A stretch of 64,000 nt of DNA from Leucoraja ocellata. Taxonomy: Eukaryota. The position numbers were made by a program, and so were the translations under genes. Positions 39,200 through 52,670 of this stretch are shown piece by piece. Position 1 is the stretch's first letter, and the number at the start of each line of letters is the position of its first letter. The stretch spans positions 7,254,001 to 7,318,000 of the forward strand of contig JAWMAR010000031.1 in assembly GCA_036785375.1 (NCBI GenBank), in the 5' to 3' direction. A model generated the notes under the pieces. It saw only the letters and a list, made by a program, of their open reading frames with translations, ran no database searches and was not told where the DNA came from.

Positions 39200-39610
39200 T
39201 TTCGTTTGCATTTACAATGCAGATTTAACGTCGGTACAAAATGATTTCATTTCCCAAAGGACTGTAATAGCAAGTGAAGGTCCTTTGAAGAGTAGTCTCT
39301 GTTGTAAAGTAAGAAGCGCAGCAGTCAATTTCGGCAGAGCAAATTCTCACAAACAACAATGAGATAATGACCAGATAATCCATCTTTGTGTTGTTTATTG
39401 AGTGATAAATATTGGCAGGGAAATAGGGATAACATTCCAGTTCTTCTATTGAAATTAAAGTTTCCACCCAACGAGGACACAAGGAACTACAAATGCTTAG
39501 TTTATTTTATTGTTCTAAAGATTTGGTTATTTGTTCTATCTGAAAGTCAGCACCTGTGACAAGTGCAATGCCCCCAGGTACTGGACCCCAAGCATCAGGC
39601 AAACATTTTG
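39200..39610 (-). mobile_element. Deu-domain SINE (SacSINE1/AmnSINE-like), ancient
   Basis: GCAGTCAATTT...CACAAACAACAATGAGATAATGACCAGATAATC...GATAAATATTGGC matches the recalled reverse-complement Deu-domain consensus. Confidence 0.65.
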
Positions 39611-39689
39611 GTCTAATTATTCCAACACCACTTGGGCCTTCTGACTCAAAGAGGAGACTCCCACCAATTCAGCCATTGTTGGCTTTTTT

Positions 39690-40213
39690 CCAGATATAAT
39701 AATTTGAGGAAGAACATTCTTGCTGTTGAGGGAGTGTAGCATAGGTTCATTAGCTTAATTCCCGGGATGGCAGGACTGACGTATGATGAAAGATTGGGTC
39801 GACCGGGCTTGTATTCACTGGAATTTAGAAGAATGAGAGATATCTTTTTGAAACATATAAAATTCTTGAAGGATTGGACAGGCTTGATGCAGGAATAATG
39901 TTCCCTATATTGGGGGAGTCCAGAACCAGTGGTCACAGTTTAAGAGTAAGGGGTTGGCCATTTAGGACTGAGTTGAGGAAAAACATTTTCACCCAGAGAG
40001 TTGTGAATCTGTGGAATTCTCTGCCACAGAAGGTAGGAGAGACCAATTCAATGGATGTTCTCAAGAAAGATTTAGATTGAGCTCTTAGGGCTAACAGAAT
40101 CAAGGGATAAGGGGAAAAAACAAGAAAAGGGTTCTGATTCTGGATGATCACATTGGCTGGCTCGAAGGGATGAATGGCCTACTCCTGCACATAGGTTTCG
40201 ATGTTTTTATGTT
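39690..40213 (+). mobile_element. CR1 LINE 3' fragment
   Basis: SRTSGHSLRVRG..FRTELRKNIFTQRVVNLWNSLP and the shared 3' UTR. Confidence 0.88.
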
Positions 40214-40292
40214 TTATATTAACTTTTTCACAATGCAAACATTGAAATATTGATTGGGATATTGATTGCCCCACACTGTAAGATTGAGGGAA

Positions 40293-40700
40293 AAACTTGC
40301 ATTCACCCAGGATCTTTCAACACCTGAATGCTTCCCAAAGGACTTTGGAGCCAATTTCATAACTTTTAATACAGAGGTCCAGTTGAAATTTAGGAAGCAT
40401 GCTACTAACTTGAACATGGTGCTCTCCCATAAATAGCATGACTATCAACCTGAATGTGTGTTTTATGGTGTCAGTTGAGAGATCAATATATTGGCCAGGC
40501 CATCTGGGCTTGGGATCTTTAACTTTCTCCTGAGTAAACAGGCGGGATCTTGCTTTAGCATCTCATCTGAACATGTTCCCAACATGTCAGAACTTCCCCA
40601 CAGCACATTGGAGTAAAAGTTAAGGGTTTTATGCTAAACTATCTGGAATGGGATCAAACTCAAATAATTTGATGCAGGCAACAGCTCTATTAACTGATCT
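40293..40700 (-). mobile_element. Deu-domain SINE, highly degenerate
   Basis: Collinear similarity to 39200-39610 (CCCAAAGGACT...ATATTGGCCAGG...CATCTCATCTGAA). Confidence 0.5.
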
Positions 40701-41329
40701 GCAGCGGACAATATTTATGCAACTTCATAGATTATTTAGACCGTTGATTCATCAACCTTGTCTTCTGAGTATGACTTTCATCTTGACAGAAGAAACTGCA
40801 GATGATGGAATCTTGCATAAAACACAAAGTACTGAAGGAACTCAACGGGACGGACAGCATCTGTGGAAAGATAAACAGTAATTTTTTTAGGTCCCAAGAC
40901 CTTTATCGTGTTTTACACTTTTAGTCCTCACAAATATTTTTAGAACCTGTGAAATGTTTGCTACAGAGATAGCGTGCATGTGAACAAGGCCAGAGAAATA
41001 GAGAAAGATCTCCTTATTTGAACTTCTTCAAGTGTTCCACACTGCTTCATTGCAAACATTGATCTTATGACTTTATGTGTACAGTGCAACACCATGATTC
41101 TGTAGCTTTCCCCATTTCAAATATGTAATCAATATTCCATTAAAGAAATAGAAATCTTGACCTCAGCCACTCTGTTCTGTAGTGCAGCAATCCTCTTCAG
41201 AAATATATTTCATCCAATCTTTCTTTGTGATAATATTAAACTAATTTGCCATCAGTAGGCACTCCCTATCAGCAAGAAGTAACCATGAGGCTATTTCTCA
41301 CAGTTTAACAAAACTTATGTATGTTAGAG

Positions 41330-41900
41330 TCATAGGAGTTGGAGCTAAATCCTTTAACCCACCAAGTTCATACTGACCACCAATTCACAATAATCAATTT
41401 ATTTATTCTTCCAGTATTCTCACCAGTTCCTTTCAGGTTGCACCACACTTACACACCACACGTGGCAAGTGATAATAGCCATTTGATCTACCGATTGTCT
41501 TTAGAATGTGGGAGGAAACTGGAGCATCACATGGTCACAGGGAGAACATGCAAACTTCTCATTGACAGCAGGTACACACGTCTCGGGCCGAAACCCCTCG
41601 GACTGTCTCCTCCCATCTCTCAGCCCTCGGGCGCCTCCCCCTCCTTTTTCCTTTCTTCTCCCCGCCCCCCACCCCCACCCCCATCAGTCAAAAAAAAAAA
41701 AGTTTCGGCCTGAAACGTTGCCTATTTCCTTCGCTCCATAGATGCTGCTGCACCCGCTGAGTTTCTCCAGCATTTTTGTGTACCTTCGATTTTCCAGCAT
41801 CTGCAGTTCCTTCTTAAACACATCTCATTGACAGCACTTGGTTTCAGGACTGAACCCAGGTCTCTGGCACTACGAGGGAACAGCTCTACCAGTTGCATCA
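41330..41900 (-). mobile_element. HE1/V-type SINE interrupted by a Penelope insertion
   Basis: GAATGTGGGAGGAAACTGGAG...GGTCACAGGGAGAACATGCAAACT, then resumes GAACCCAGGTCTCTGGCAC...CAGCTCTACC (tRNA head on the minus strand). Confidence 0.7.
41571..41822 (+). mobile_element. Penelope 3' UTR insertion with short inverted 5' piece
   Basis: 14-bp TSD TCTCATTGACAGCA (41557-41570 and 41823-41836); body homologous to 37500-37681. Confidence 0.85.
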
Positions 41901-41952
41901 TAGTTGTCAACGTTTTCCAAGCCATAATGGAAATAAATATAGTGTATCAAAT

Positions 41953-42040
41953 ATAGACACAAAAAGCGGGTGTAAGTCAGCGGGACAGGCAGCAACACTG
42001 GAGAGAAGGAATGGGTGACATTTCAGGTCGAGACCCTTCG
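41953..42040 (-). mobile_element. Penelope-derived short unit
   Basis: TAGACACAAAAAGC...TCAGCGGGACAGGCAGCA...GGTGACATTTCAGGTCGAGACCCTTC is the reverse complement of the unit. Confidence 0.75.
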
Positions 42041-42235
42041 TCTATCAAGGTCCTCCTCCTAACTATAGTTCCCTACATCTGTAAAGTATATGACGTGTAC
42101 CCACACCTGCATAATCTAAAAATCTGAATTTCCCCTGAAAAGGGGATTAATAAAGTATTTCTTATTATTATTATTATTAATAAGGCACATACATTTCTTC
42201 ATTCCTTAATATGCAGCTAATTCAAACCTATGTTA

Positions 42236-42275
42236 TCTATCTATATACTTTTAAAACTGTGTGTGTGTGTGTGTG

Positions 42276-42315
<40 letters not shown>

Positions 42316-43280
42316 TGTGTGTATGGCATTTTGCCTTTGAAACGATTCTCCTCGAAAACCAGATGCAAAAACGCGGAGATATTTACAATTTCGGTAGGGA
42401 TTTATCTTATGAGTTCAGAAATCCACTCCTTGATCAATTATTTCCCTAGATTTTGAATAAAATTGTTCACAAAACTCACTTAAAAAAATCGGCGCTTGAG
42501 CTGCTGACGTCACAATGCCCACATGCCCACCAATCGAGGCCCACCTGCCCCTCCCTGCGCCGTCCCCCCACTGCCCGTGCACATCTGAATCCTTTCCATA
42601 TCCCCCACCCAATTGTAGAACATGGCAGCCCTGGCGGCCATTATTCCGTCAGGGAAACTCGGCGCAGCGAGTTATGTCGCGCCCCTCCCTCCCTCCCGCT
42701 GCAAACTCAATGCGCTGACAGTCGCACTGCTCGCAAGTTCTTTGATAGAAACCTTGTGACCCCCCCACNNNNNNNNNNNNNNNNNNNNNNNNNNNNNNNN
42801 NNNNNNNNNNNNNNNNNNNNNNNNNNNNNNNNNNNNNNNNNNNNNNNNNNNNNNNNNNNNNNNNNNNNNNNNNNNNNNNNNNNNNNNNNNNNNNNNNNNN
42901 NNNNNNNNNNNNNNNNNNNNNNNNNNNNNNNNNNNNNNNNNNNNNNNNNNNNNNNNNNNNNNNNNNNNNNNNTTTATCTCTCTCTCCCTCCCCCTCCTCT
43001 CTCTCTCTCTCTCTCCCCCACCTCTCTCTCTCTCTCTACCCCCCCCCCTCTCTAGACGCTCCTGCGAGTTGGGGGCTATGCATCAGTAGATAGTGCGGTT
43101 ATGGGGTAAAAGGAGCAAAATAATATTAATATATTGACAAGGGGGTTAATTAGTGTGTGTGGGGGTAGTTAATCTGTGTGTGGGGGTGGATAATATGTGT
43201 GACGCCACATGCCCCCCCCTCCCCCCCCCCCGCAACCGCACATTGGGGGAACAGACCCAACGGGTCTGCACTTGGTCTAG
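42236..43280 (+). mobile_element. Non-autonomous Helitron (spans gap 42769-42972)
   Basis: A|TC 5' end, internal (GT)n, 3' hairpin CAGACCC-AAC-GGGTCTG (43252-43268), then CTAG|T; no TSD. Confidence 0.8.
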
Positions 43281-44499
43281 TATATTTTAATTATCTCTGG
43301 GTATTGGTTTAACCGCATAACCACCATTCATTGGCCATTGCTGTATATTGTCTAAAGTGTACCTCTGGTCTGTCTCCAGAAACAAGCTTCTGAGATCCCA
43401 GTGATATATTCTAATATGCTCTTCCAGAAAATGACATTTGAAAAAAAGAAATCATGGGAGATTTTATATATTGTATTTCAATTTTGGACATAAATATATG
43501 ACTCTAATAAATTCAAGTTAACTCCAGAGAGAATTAGATGATAACATTTATCTGAAGGTGTGAACAAAATACCTTATTCTATTGCCTACAGATCTAATGC
43601 CCTTGAGATGCTGGTATTTCTCTGTTTTTACGCAATGATAATAGGACACCATTCCTATATGCCTGGTCCTAATACTTAAATTCCAAGTCTCTCGTTCCAT
43701 ACTGAATCACCCCACTGCAAGCATTTTGGTCTCTATCGTTGTCTTCTGTGGGCTTTTCCCCATTCCTTATAGAGATTTTATATCTTTGGAATCTATAGTC
43801 CACATATTATGTTATGTCAAAAGCATGCTTTTGCTCCCATGTGCTTATGTATTAACCTTTTTTCTGGTTCCAAATATTTTGTTCTTATTCCTTCCGAGTA
43901 AGAACCTGTTCTCTTTTGGGAACAATATCTATAATATTACGCAATAGGCATTATATCCATCATATTATATAAACAAATTCAGTGAGGAATACTGTCTTCC
44001 TCTATTGTGGGTGACTATGTTGTACAAAATACCTACCGTTTGCCACCAGATTTAATCTGCTTGCATATCAAATCATTCAGATCTAGATCTTGAAAACTGG
44101 CAAATATGAGCTCCCACTGGTTTTACGACCCTTCCATCCAACACAACACATGTGCCAATAGTAATTTGATATCACTTGATATTTATTCTATTTCTGGAAC
44201 AGGATAATATGTAAACACTCCGAAGGATCTAATACATTTTCTGCCTTGGGATTTCTGAAGCTCTTTTTAATTTTTTGCTTCACCTCTGTTTTAAAGTGCC
44301 ATGCTTGAGTATTTTCGTTACACTATTCACACTTAAAGAATATTTATGTCATTATATACTGTACAGTGATGTGATTTCAGAAAATGGTCTATGATCGCTT
44401 AAGATTTAAACAGACTTCCATCCTTTCTGCATCTCCTGTTCTCGCTCTTCCAGCTGAATATAAGGACTTGATCTAGGTACTCAATTTGCAAAACATTTT

Positions 44500-45420
44500 A
44501 GTGTTGTGGAAATCATTTCCTGTGTTTAGTGTAAGCCTGGGGCTAAGTTAGGAGAATAAAAGCATACCCTCCATTGTTGTTGCAATTTGCTTCCATGTGA
44601 TTGGCTCCACCAATTTTTAATAATTAAGTATCTTTGTTATTTTAGGCTCACAATAGTCCAATTTCTAAATCCCCACAGTTTAATGCATTTATCTGAAACA
44701 GAAGCAGATTAGTTGAAGGCACTATAGTCCTATTTCGATTAAATCTTCATTGGACTGTCAGTATTCCGAGATATTTAAAGATACACAGAATGTGATACAA
44801 ATTCAAGCCAAGCCTTAGGACTCAACTTACAAAGAGACCTAATTCGGTAACTTGGGACACAAGCAGTATTTTTATTTTTTTCTATTTGCCTTTTATAACT
44901 TGACACGAGGAATATAATTCTGATAATTCAACAGTGACAGGTTCTAAATACAACTCAGAAGCTCCGGCTGGTGCTGGACCCAGGATTGTTATATGCCTGC
45001 AGTCCCAGGTCTGTGTCTCCTCTCTCAGTCTGATCACTCTGCCGCAGCCGGGGGGGAGTCTTGCCTCAGGCCAAACATATGCTTCTTTCCAGCAAACTAA
45101 TACAAATTCACCATGGAGAAATAATTGCTCCAGTGAACATTTTTTCTCTCAGCTTTGTCATTCGCTCACTCAAATCGCTGAGGCACACGCCATTTAAATC
45201 AGGGGCTTTGATGCTTGCCTCTCCTTTTTAATGAAAACCTGGACCCTTGTAAATGATGTGAGCGTTTAAAAAGGCTTCATGGTTCTCCATCAAATGCATA
45301 ACAGTTTGGCAAATGGATGAATCCCGACAGAGAAGTTTCAACAACAACTTCAGATGGGTTGATTTGGATCTCTTTGTAATTTGATAAAATTGATTGCTTT
45401 TCTCATCTCTTTTATTAAAG
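44500..45420. promoter_or_regulatory. Candidate downstream enhancer with AP-2 and TCF/LEF sites
   Basis: GCCTGGGGC (44535), GCCTCAGGC (45063) and CTTTGATG (45206) inside a repeat-free island. Confidence 0.4.
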
Positions 45421-48400
45421 AAAACTTAAATATATTTGTTTTGAGTCCTCTCATTCTTCTTTTTCTGCCCATCAAATGGTTCTCAATTTTCCGTCTTGTG
45501 CCTTAATATGTTGCCTTTTTGTTCTTGCTTGTCTCTTAAATGTCTTAGTTATTCCTATCACTCTCACTCCCTCTCACACAAAGAAACATGTCTCCAATAT
45601 GAATAATTACCAAAGAATAGGAAGAAAATAATCCATTATATACCACTTAAAGAGAAAAAAAACATGAAAGAAAATCAGAGCCATGAAAAGGAGTGAACAG
45701 CTTTTTTTATTATTTCAATTTGTTTAAATTATAAAAAAAAAGCCCCTTAAAGTTAAACCTCTGTGAAATGACATAATTCCACAAACACAATGCCACAATC
45801 GTTATTTATTTCAGGCAGATTAAATTTGTAGAAACCTGAGATTGGATTTTGAGATATTTATTACTGAAGATTCAAATGAGTTTAGTAGTGCTGTCTTTTC
45901 ATCCAGGGACCAGTTTGCTAAGTTTCATTTTTTTGTTAACGTTTTGAATAGTGCACTTGTCTGCTTAATACGGAGCAACTGTTATGCTGTGAGCTAGTCT
46001 AGAATTAAATAAACGTTGATGGCTTAAGACCACACAAATATATTTACAGTTTCAAAATATGTATGTTAATATAGAAAAGATGGTGGATACAGTTGTAATG
46101 GATTGGGTGACAGGACTGAGTTGCTGCTTGCTCACAGAGATGGTTTATCCAACAGTGATTCCAGCTGCCTCTCGATTCCCCCCCCCACCCTTTAGATAAG
46201 AACAAATCTGAGGTTTGAAAGTGAATTAGAAATGAACCATTTTATGTTTTTGCTTGAAAGTTTATGGTTAATCACTGATGGTACAGGAAACGACAAGGAA
46301 AGTTAAGCCAAATACATTACCCATATTAATTTAGAATGTGTATTTACTGCACAGATATAATTTGTAAGTGTAACAGGGAATGGTGATAAGCAATTGTAAT
46401 GTATTAGTCGGTAACTACATTTCAGCTCCATTCTCTTCACCAGCACAAACCTATATTTAGGTTTGAATGAACTGACCCTTGAAGGCAATAACCTAGATTT
46501 CTGTCCACAACGCTGAATTCAGTTTCAATTTAAGCAGCAACATTTTATGGCTGCTTGACACACTGGGAGGCAAGTCCTCACAAAGCAAATGCAAGTAAAT
46601 AGGAGTTTTACCAACAGGACATGCACAATAGGGGTCAAGAAGGAACATGTATTCAACTCCACCCATAATCAGCTAATAAATATATATAACATGAGGTTTT
46701 GAGTGCACACACATAAATGCTCATCCCTGTAATCATAGGGATGTGTGCCAGTCTCAAAGGCAGTCAAATTTAATTACCAGTGCGCACCCTTATTTACCAA
46801 CATTATGTAATAGTAATTTGTATTTAACGCACAGTTGGTTATACAGGATGCATGCTTAGCATAGATTCAGAACATGTGTGTTTAATACTGAAATATGTGC
46901 TTTAATATAGATACACCAAATGCACATAGAAGGCAGATGCACAACGTGTAGACTTAACCCAATCATACAAATGTTGTACGTAAGATAGGCGTACAGCACA
47001 TGCATTGCAACTAACTGATGAAAGGGTTGCAATTATGTCTGATAGGACACAAAATATGATACTGTTTTTTTTTGATGGGCCTTTCAACTGTGATGTGTCC
47101 CGCTAATAAATGTGGATTTAATTTTTTAAGGAATACATCACTATTCATCAAGCCATACACTTTAAATCCTGAGACTGTTATAAACATCGCAACGGTGTTC
47201 CTTGCATCCATCTAGCCAAGACTATGATCCAATTGAACGATACAATTGATTCTAAATGGATACCAACATAATTGAAGAAATCATGAAGGAACTGAAACAT
47301 GCTGGCAATGGGTTGGGATTCTCTGACTGGGGAAAAAGAAAGCAAATATTTTTAAAGAGTATTTTATTTCAGTTTAGTGTTTTCTTGACTGTTAATACTT
47401 TAATGAATTGTAATGAATGTAACTTTAAAGAAAAATAAGTTGTATTTATTCTAATTTTTTCCAAACATTTATTAAAATTGAAGAAAATAACACCACAGGC
47501 TTTGATTTTTTAGGCAGAACTCTGCCTCCATCCAATTTCACCTCCAGTCTGGGTTATTCCAAGGGCAGAGATTCAGATCAGCACTGCTGAAGACCCAGTT
47601 GCAGCCTTCAGACCCCTCTGCTTGGTGGGATGGGACAGGCAGAGTAATCTTTGAGGACAATTAAATTAACCTTCTGAAATAAAGCATGGTCACAAGAGTG
47701 AATGGGCACTATGAGTGCAAGCGGTGAGCTGGATCTAGACCAGTGCTTCAGCTCAGTTCTGAATGAATGATAATTGACCAGAAATGTTAATTCTGTTTTC
47801 CTCCCCATAGATGCTGCTTGATTTTTTGGGTACTTGCAACATTTTCTGCTTTTACTTTACATTTCTTGCATCTGTGATAATTTATTTGGACATAAAAGTG
47901 TGCAAGTATTTATTAAACATTTTAATTTGCATTTGTTTGAATTTTCAGAGCCTATTGGTGGTGTAAATTGCAATGGTCCAAACTTTAATCACATATCTGA
48001 CCTCTGAATTGAATCGCACAGAAACAGAAATAACAGCAATTTATATTTTAGTTCTATTTGAACCTTTTCTGATTCAGGCGTAAGATGTGAGTGCAAGTCA
48101 GTACAGACAGAATTTGGCTATAAAGGTGCGCAACTGTTCTTTTTCTCCCCTGACTTTCTTAAAGGTAGTGAAACTTTATGGAGTACAGTATCACCAGCTC
48201 TCCACGGCACTAGCTTTGCATCTACTCTTGACATAATGCTTCCAATCGATGTGTCATTCGATAACATGTGTTGTTGCTGTCATCAGGGGAACACGTGCTG
48301 ATTTTCATGCGGGTATTTGCAGTTCTTTTGCTACAATTCTTGAGTCCATAATACAGTTATTGTTTCTCAAATAATTAAGTTCATTTGATGGTTGATGGTT

Positions 48401-50084
48401 GGCATGGGTTTGGTGGGCTGAATGGCCTGTTTCTGTGCTTCATCTCTCTGACACCAGAATTCTACAGCTCGTTTAACGTAAAATAATTAAACCATTAATA
48501 TTCAATTATGAGAAAGGAAATAAATCATTTGGCTTTAGTTATCTCTTTTAACCATTGGTTATCAATCCCATTCCAATAGGGCTGTGATAGATATGTTCGT
48601 TCAATGGCAGCAGGATCTGTCACCTGTCCTCCAGCACGTTGCAGAGATTTAGGAACTGTTGGCCTGCACACTTCCGCTAGCCTAGAGCTCTCCAAAGAAC
48701 AACTGGATAAAAACCACTCTGCTGTGGCACAATATTGTCCTGTTGTTTATGGCAATGTAATGCTAAGCTAATGGAGAGGCCTCTCATGGAATGTCAAACA
48801 ACAGCATTACCATATTTTAAAATGCCATTTTAAATCTACTTATGGACGAACCAAATTAATCCTATGAAGGTTCATATCGTGAATGGAATTAGGTTTAAAT
48901 ATCTTGATCTGCAATTTAGTTGAGCGTTCCCAGCATGTACTTGTTACTTTGACCACAAGATCTTAACCATGACTGAATGCCAGCATGAAAGAGCCACTAT
49001 GATGCTTGGAAATGCAGTTGCTTGAGATTGAATTTTCAAGAGCTAAGCAAATGGGTGGGAAATATAAATACATAATTCCATTAAACTATATATGTTATTT
49101 GATGAACAACATAATATATTATAGTTGCCCTTGGGATATAATGAATGAATTAAGTTTATTTTGGTCATACATTAAAAAGAACAAACTTTACCATCTGTGT
49201 GAATATGAACCAACATTGTATCCATTTCACACAACGTTCACATAATCAATGACTGAAAAAGGAATAGGCTGAAGCCACAAAGCTTATTNNNNNNNNNNNN
49301 NNNNNNNNNNNNNNNNNNNNNNNNNNNNNNNNNNNNNNNNNNNNNNNNNNNNNNNNNNNNNNNNNNNNNNNNNNNNNNNNNNNNNNNNNNNNNNNNNNNN
49401 NNNNNNNNNNNNNNNNNNNNNNNNNNNNNNNNNNNNNNNNNNNNNNNNNNNNNNNNNNNNNNNNNNNNNNNNNNNNNNAATTTGTACACCAAAGATATAG
49501 GGTTCTTCATAAGGGTTAGAATGGGTTGGGAACTGATCAAGAATGTGCAGGTCCAGCTCAAGTGCGAGGTCACATAAATGAACAATACCATTTGCTTGGA
49601 TAGAAAGCTATCATGGCCTCACTTACATTCAAAGACCTCTCGCCTTTCTGGGCATTGAATGTTGAAAGTACATTTCAACAGATTTCGGAATTAGTGTGGA
49701 GAGATGAAGCATAGTTTGAGCATTATAGTCTCATACTGCCGTAACAAAACACAAACCTTGAATTGTGTAATCTCATTGAAAAGTGTTGAGTTCTTATGGG
49801 GCTCCACAGGGTAGATGCAGAGATGATGTTTCTCTTGGCAGGGTCGCAGTCTAAGACCAAGGGGATGGTCAATCAGATAAGAGATAAGGAGGAAGTTCTT
49901 CACCTGGAGGATGCTGAATCTTTGGAGCTTTTTACCTACGGGAGTGCAGTCACTGAGCATGTTCAGAACAGAGATTTTGGAAACAGTGATCATAACTGTA
50001 GGTTTATGGATAAGGATAAGATCTGCACCTTGGGGTAAAGAGCTAAATTGTAGTAAGACGAATTACAACAGAGTTAGACAAGAC

Positions 50085-50795
50085 AAGAGCTGGTGAGAAT
50101 AGATTGGGAGCAGCTGTTTTGGGTGTCCATATGACATGTGGGATGCATTTAAAGGCAAGCTGTTCAGAATTCAGGACTAACATGTTTCTGTGGGGAAGAA
50201 AGACAAGGATGGCAAAGTTCGGGAGCCTTTGACGATAAGGGATTTTGCTAACCTAGTCAAAAAGAAAAGCATATGTAGAGTTTAGGGAACTGAAATCGGA
50301 CAGGGCCTTTAAGGAATATAAGAAAGCAAGAACGATCTTAACCAGGGAAATAGTAGGTAAAAGAGACCATGAAATGTCATCGGAGTGTAGGTTTAAAGTG
50401 AATCTGAAGGCAAAATCAAAAGGTGTCACAAAAGGGCCATGCAAGGAGGAAGGAGGGAATTTATAGTTGGAGCAAGAGAAAGTCATGACGAGCACTTTGC
50501 ATTAATATTCACCAAGAAGAAAGACATGGCCTGTTTCAATATGTGGGAGGGATATGCTGATTTCTTGGGCATGTCAATATCAGGAAAGAGGTGCTGGGTC
50601 TCTCAACGTGGATTAAGATTGAAAAGTCACTAGGTTCTGATGGAATCTATTCCAGTTTATTAAGTAATGCATGAGAGGAGATTCTCGGGTCCATGGCAGA
50701 GTACTTTGAGTCCACTTTGGTCATGGATGTGATCCCAGAGGACTGAAGAATAGCCAATTTTGATCCTCTATTTAGGAAGAGCAGTGCCGACAAAC
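50085..50795 (+). mobile_element. Old CR1 ORF2 internal fragment
   Basis: Ends in a degenerate PEDWRIAN..PLF.K motif (GAGGACTGAAGAATAGCCAAT...CCTCTATTTAGGAAG). Confidence 0.6.
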
Positions 50796-52146
50796 TACGT
50801 GTAGGAAATGGGTACGTTGGTGGAGCAGACCCAATGGTCTGCAATTGGTCTAGTATACTTATTAGAACTCTGATTTTGTACGTGTGTATATGTGTACGTA
50901 TATGTGGTTGTCTGTACATCTTTGCAAAAACACTATGCGGTTATGATTGCATTTTTACATAATCCGATTGACATTTTTCCCCTTGAGGCTGAGAACAACT
51001 TCACAGAACATTTTATGCTTTATATCTCGACGTAACTAATTAAAAGTAAGGTTTAAAAACATCAAAAGACTTTGAATTTATAACAACCAGTTTTCACTGA
51101 CGTCACAATAGCTCGGCTAGCTGTGATCAGCTTCACTGAAGATTTTATCGTATATTTGACACATTATTCATGATTAAAGCTTTCACAAGTTTTTTACATA
51201 TTCTGATGCATATTTTCCCCTTCTTGGCAGAGATCACCTTCACTGAACATTTTATGCTTTATTCCTTAACATTACTGTTTAAAGTTAAAAAAAATCGATG
51301 ATGTCACAATGGCTCGGCTAGCAGTGACGACGCAGGAACACTCTGAACTTTTCACTTCACAGGAGAGGGAGGGGGAATCGCTATTGTCTAAGACCAAGGA
51401 GGTGCAATGGCAATAAAACATATTATTATTATTATTATTGCAACATGCGGGGGAAGTGCAATTGGAATTTTTTAAAGCCCACTGCTCAGGGAGGCAGGGG
51501 AGTGCTGGAATCTTGCGTTCGGGAATGGCTTGAGTTGGAGGAACATGCCTCCCCTGGGGGCAACGGGTAGGGAACGGGTGCATTGGGGGAGCAGACTCAA
51601 TGAGTCTGCACTTGGTCTAGTCTATATTACTAAAGTCTATATTACTAAAGTCTGATCTTGACCACTTTCTGTTGTTCTCTATATTAATTTTTAGAAAAAA
51701 ACGCTGCCACTTGCGGCTGTGATTTTTGTCCATCTTACTCAGTCCCCCTCCGCTGTGCAGGACCAGAGGATTTTTCCCATCGATGAAAAATAAAACAGTT
51801 ATTCATGTTTAAAAAATGTTGAGATTCTCTCTCCTGAAGGCCTTGCACCTTGCTTGAAATGGAATTTCAAGGAATAACCATGAGTCAACTGCCAGCCCAC
51901 CAGCCGTGAGTGAGTGAGCGGCCAGCACAACAGGCTTGAGTGACTGAGCCGCCAGCCCAAGAATCCATTCGGCCCACAATGTTTAGACTAGCCCTCTGGA
52001 AACCAGTCCCTTCAGCCCACAACACCCATACTAGCGCTCCATACTAGCCTCCCCCCCCCCCCCACCCCACCCCCACTGGCCACCAATATTGAAATTGGTG
52101 GATAAGTAGAATATTGCGTTGGGGGACCAGCCCTCTCGTGTGATGC
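50795..52146 (+). mobile_element. Tandem Helitron array: 3'-end fragment 50795-50853, unit 50854-51620, unit 51621-~52146 lacking its 3' end
   Basis: Hairpin + CTAG termini at 50825-50853 and 51591-51620, the second followed directly by a TCTATATTACTAAAG 5' end. Same 3' terminus as 43252-43280. Confidence 0.75.
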
Positions 52147-52159
52147 AAGGGAATTTTCC

Positions 52160-52670
52160 TATCACCTTTCGGGCATTCTGTTTAGTACTGCCATTATTTC
52201 ATGGGGCTTCCATGGCATATGGGTGTCTGTAGCACGGGGATTATTCATACTCACTGCGCTGGCCGAATCTGATATACCTATTCCTTCTCTTACTGGTAAC
52301 TGCCTATGGGATACCTGTTCAATTTGTAAGCATTCGGTTACATCAAAGTATATTTCGATATCTAAAATCACTGTCTCACCCTCAGATAAATCTACCAGTT
52401 CACTAGTATCTGCTGTTGGTAGAACCACCTTTCTCTTGTTCTGAGTGTTTCCCTTCATCTCCTCTCCTGTCCTGGAGGTCGATCTACTTTACTTTCTTTT
52501 AGTTCTAATCCAAGTTTCGTGATGGCTTTTTCCCAACTAGCCATTCTCTTGACCTCCTTATTCGCCTTCCGATCCTCAAAATATCTTCTCCATGACCCGA
52601 TTATTTATTTTGCACCTTCATTGTTACTATGCTGCCAAATGATCCGTTCTATGTATTTGATGTATTTTAT
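52160..52670 (-). pseudogene. Possible degraded retroviral/LTR-element gag fragment
   Basis: Minus-strand frames give IERIIWQH..WRRYFEDRK..ASWEKAITKLGL and ...PWKPHEIMAVLNRMP, with stops and a frameshift. Resemblance to gag MA/CA is an impression only. Confidence 0.3.
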
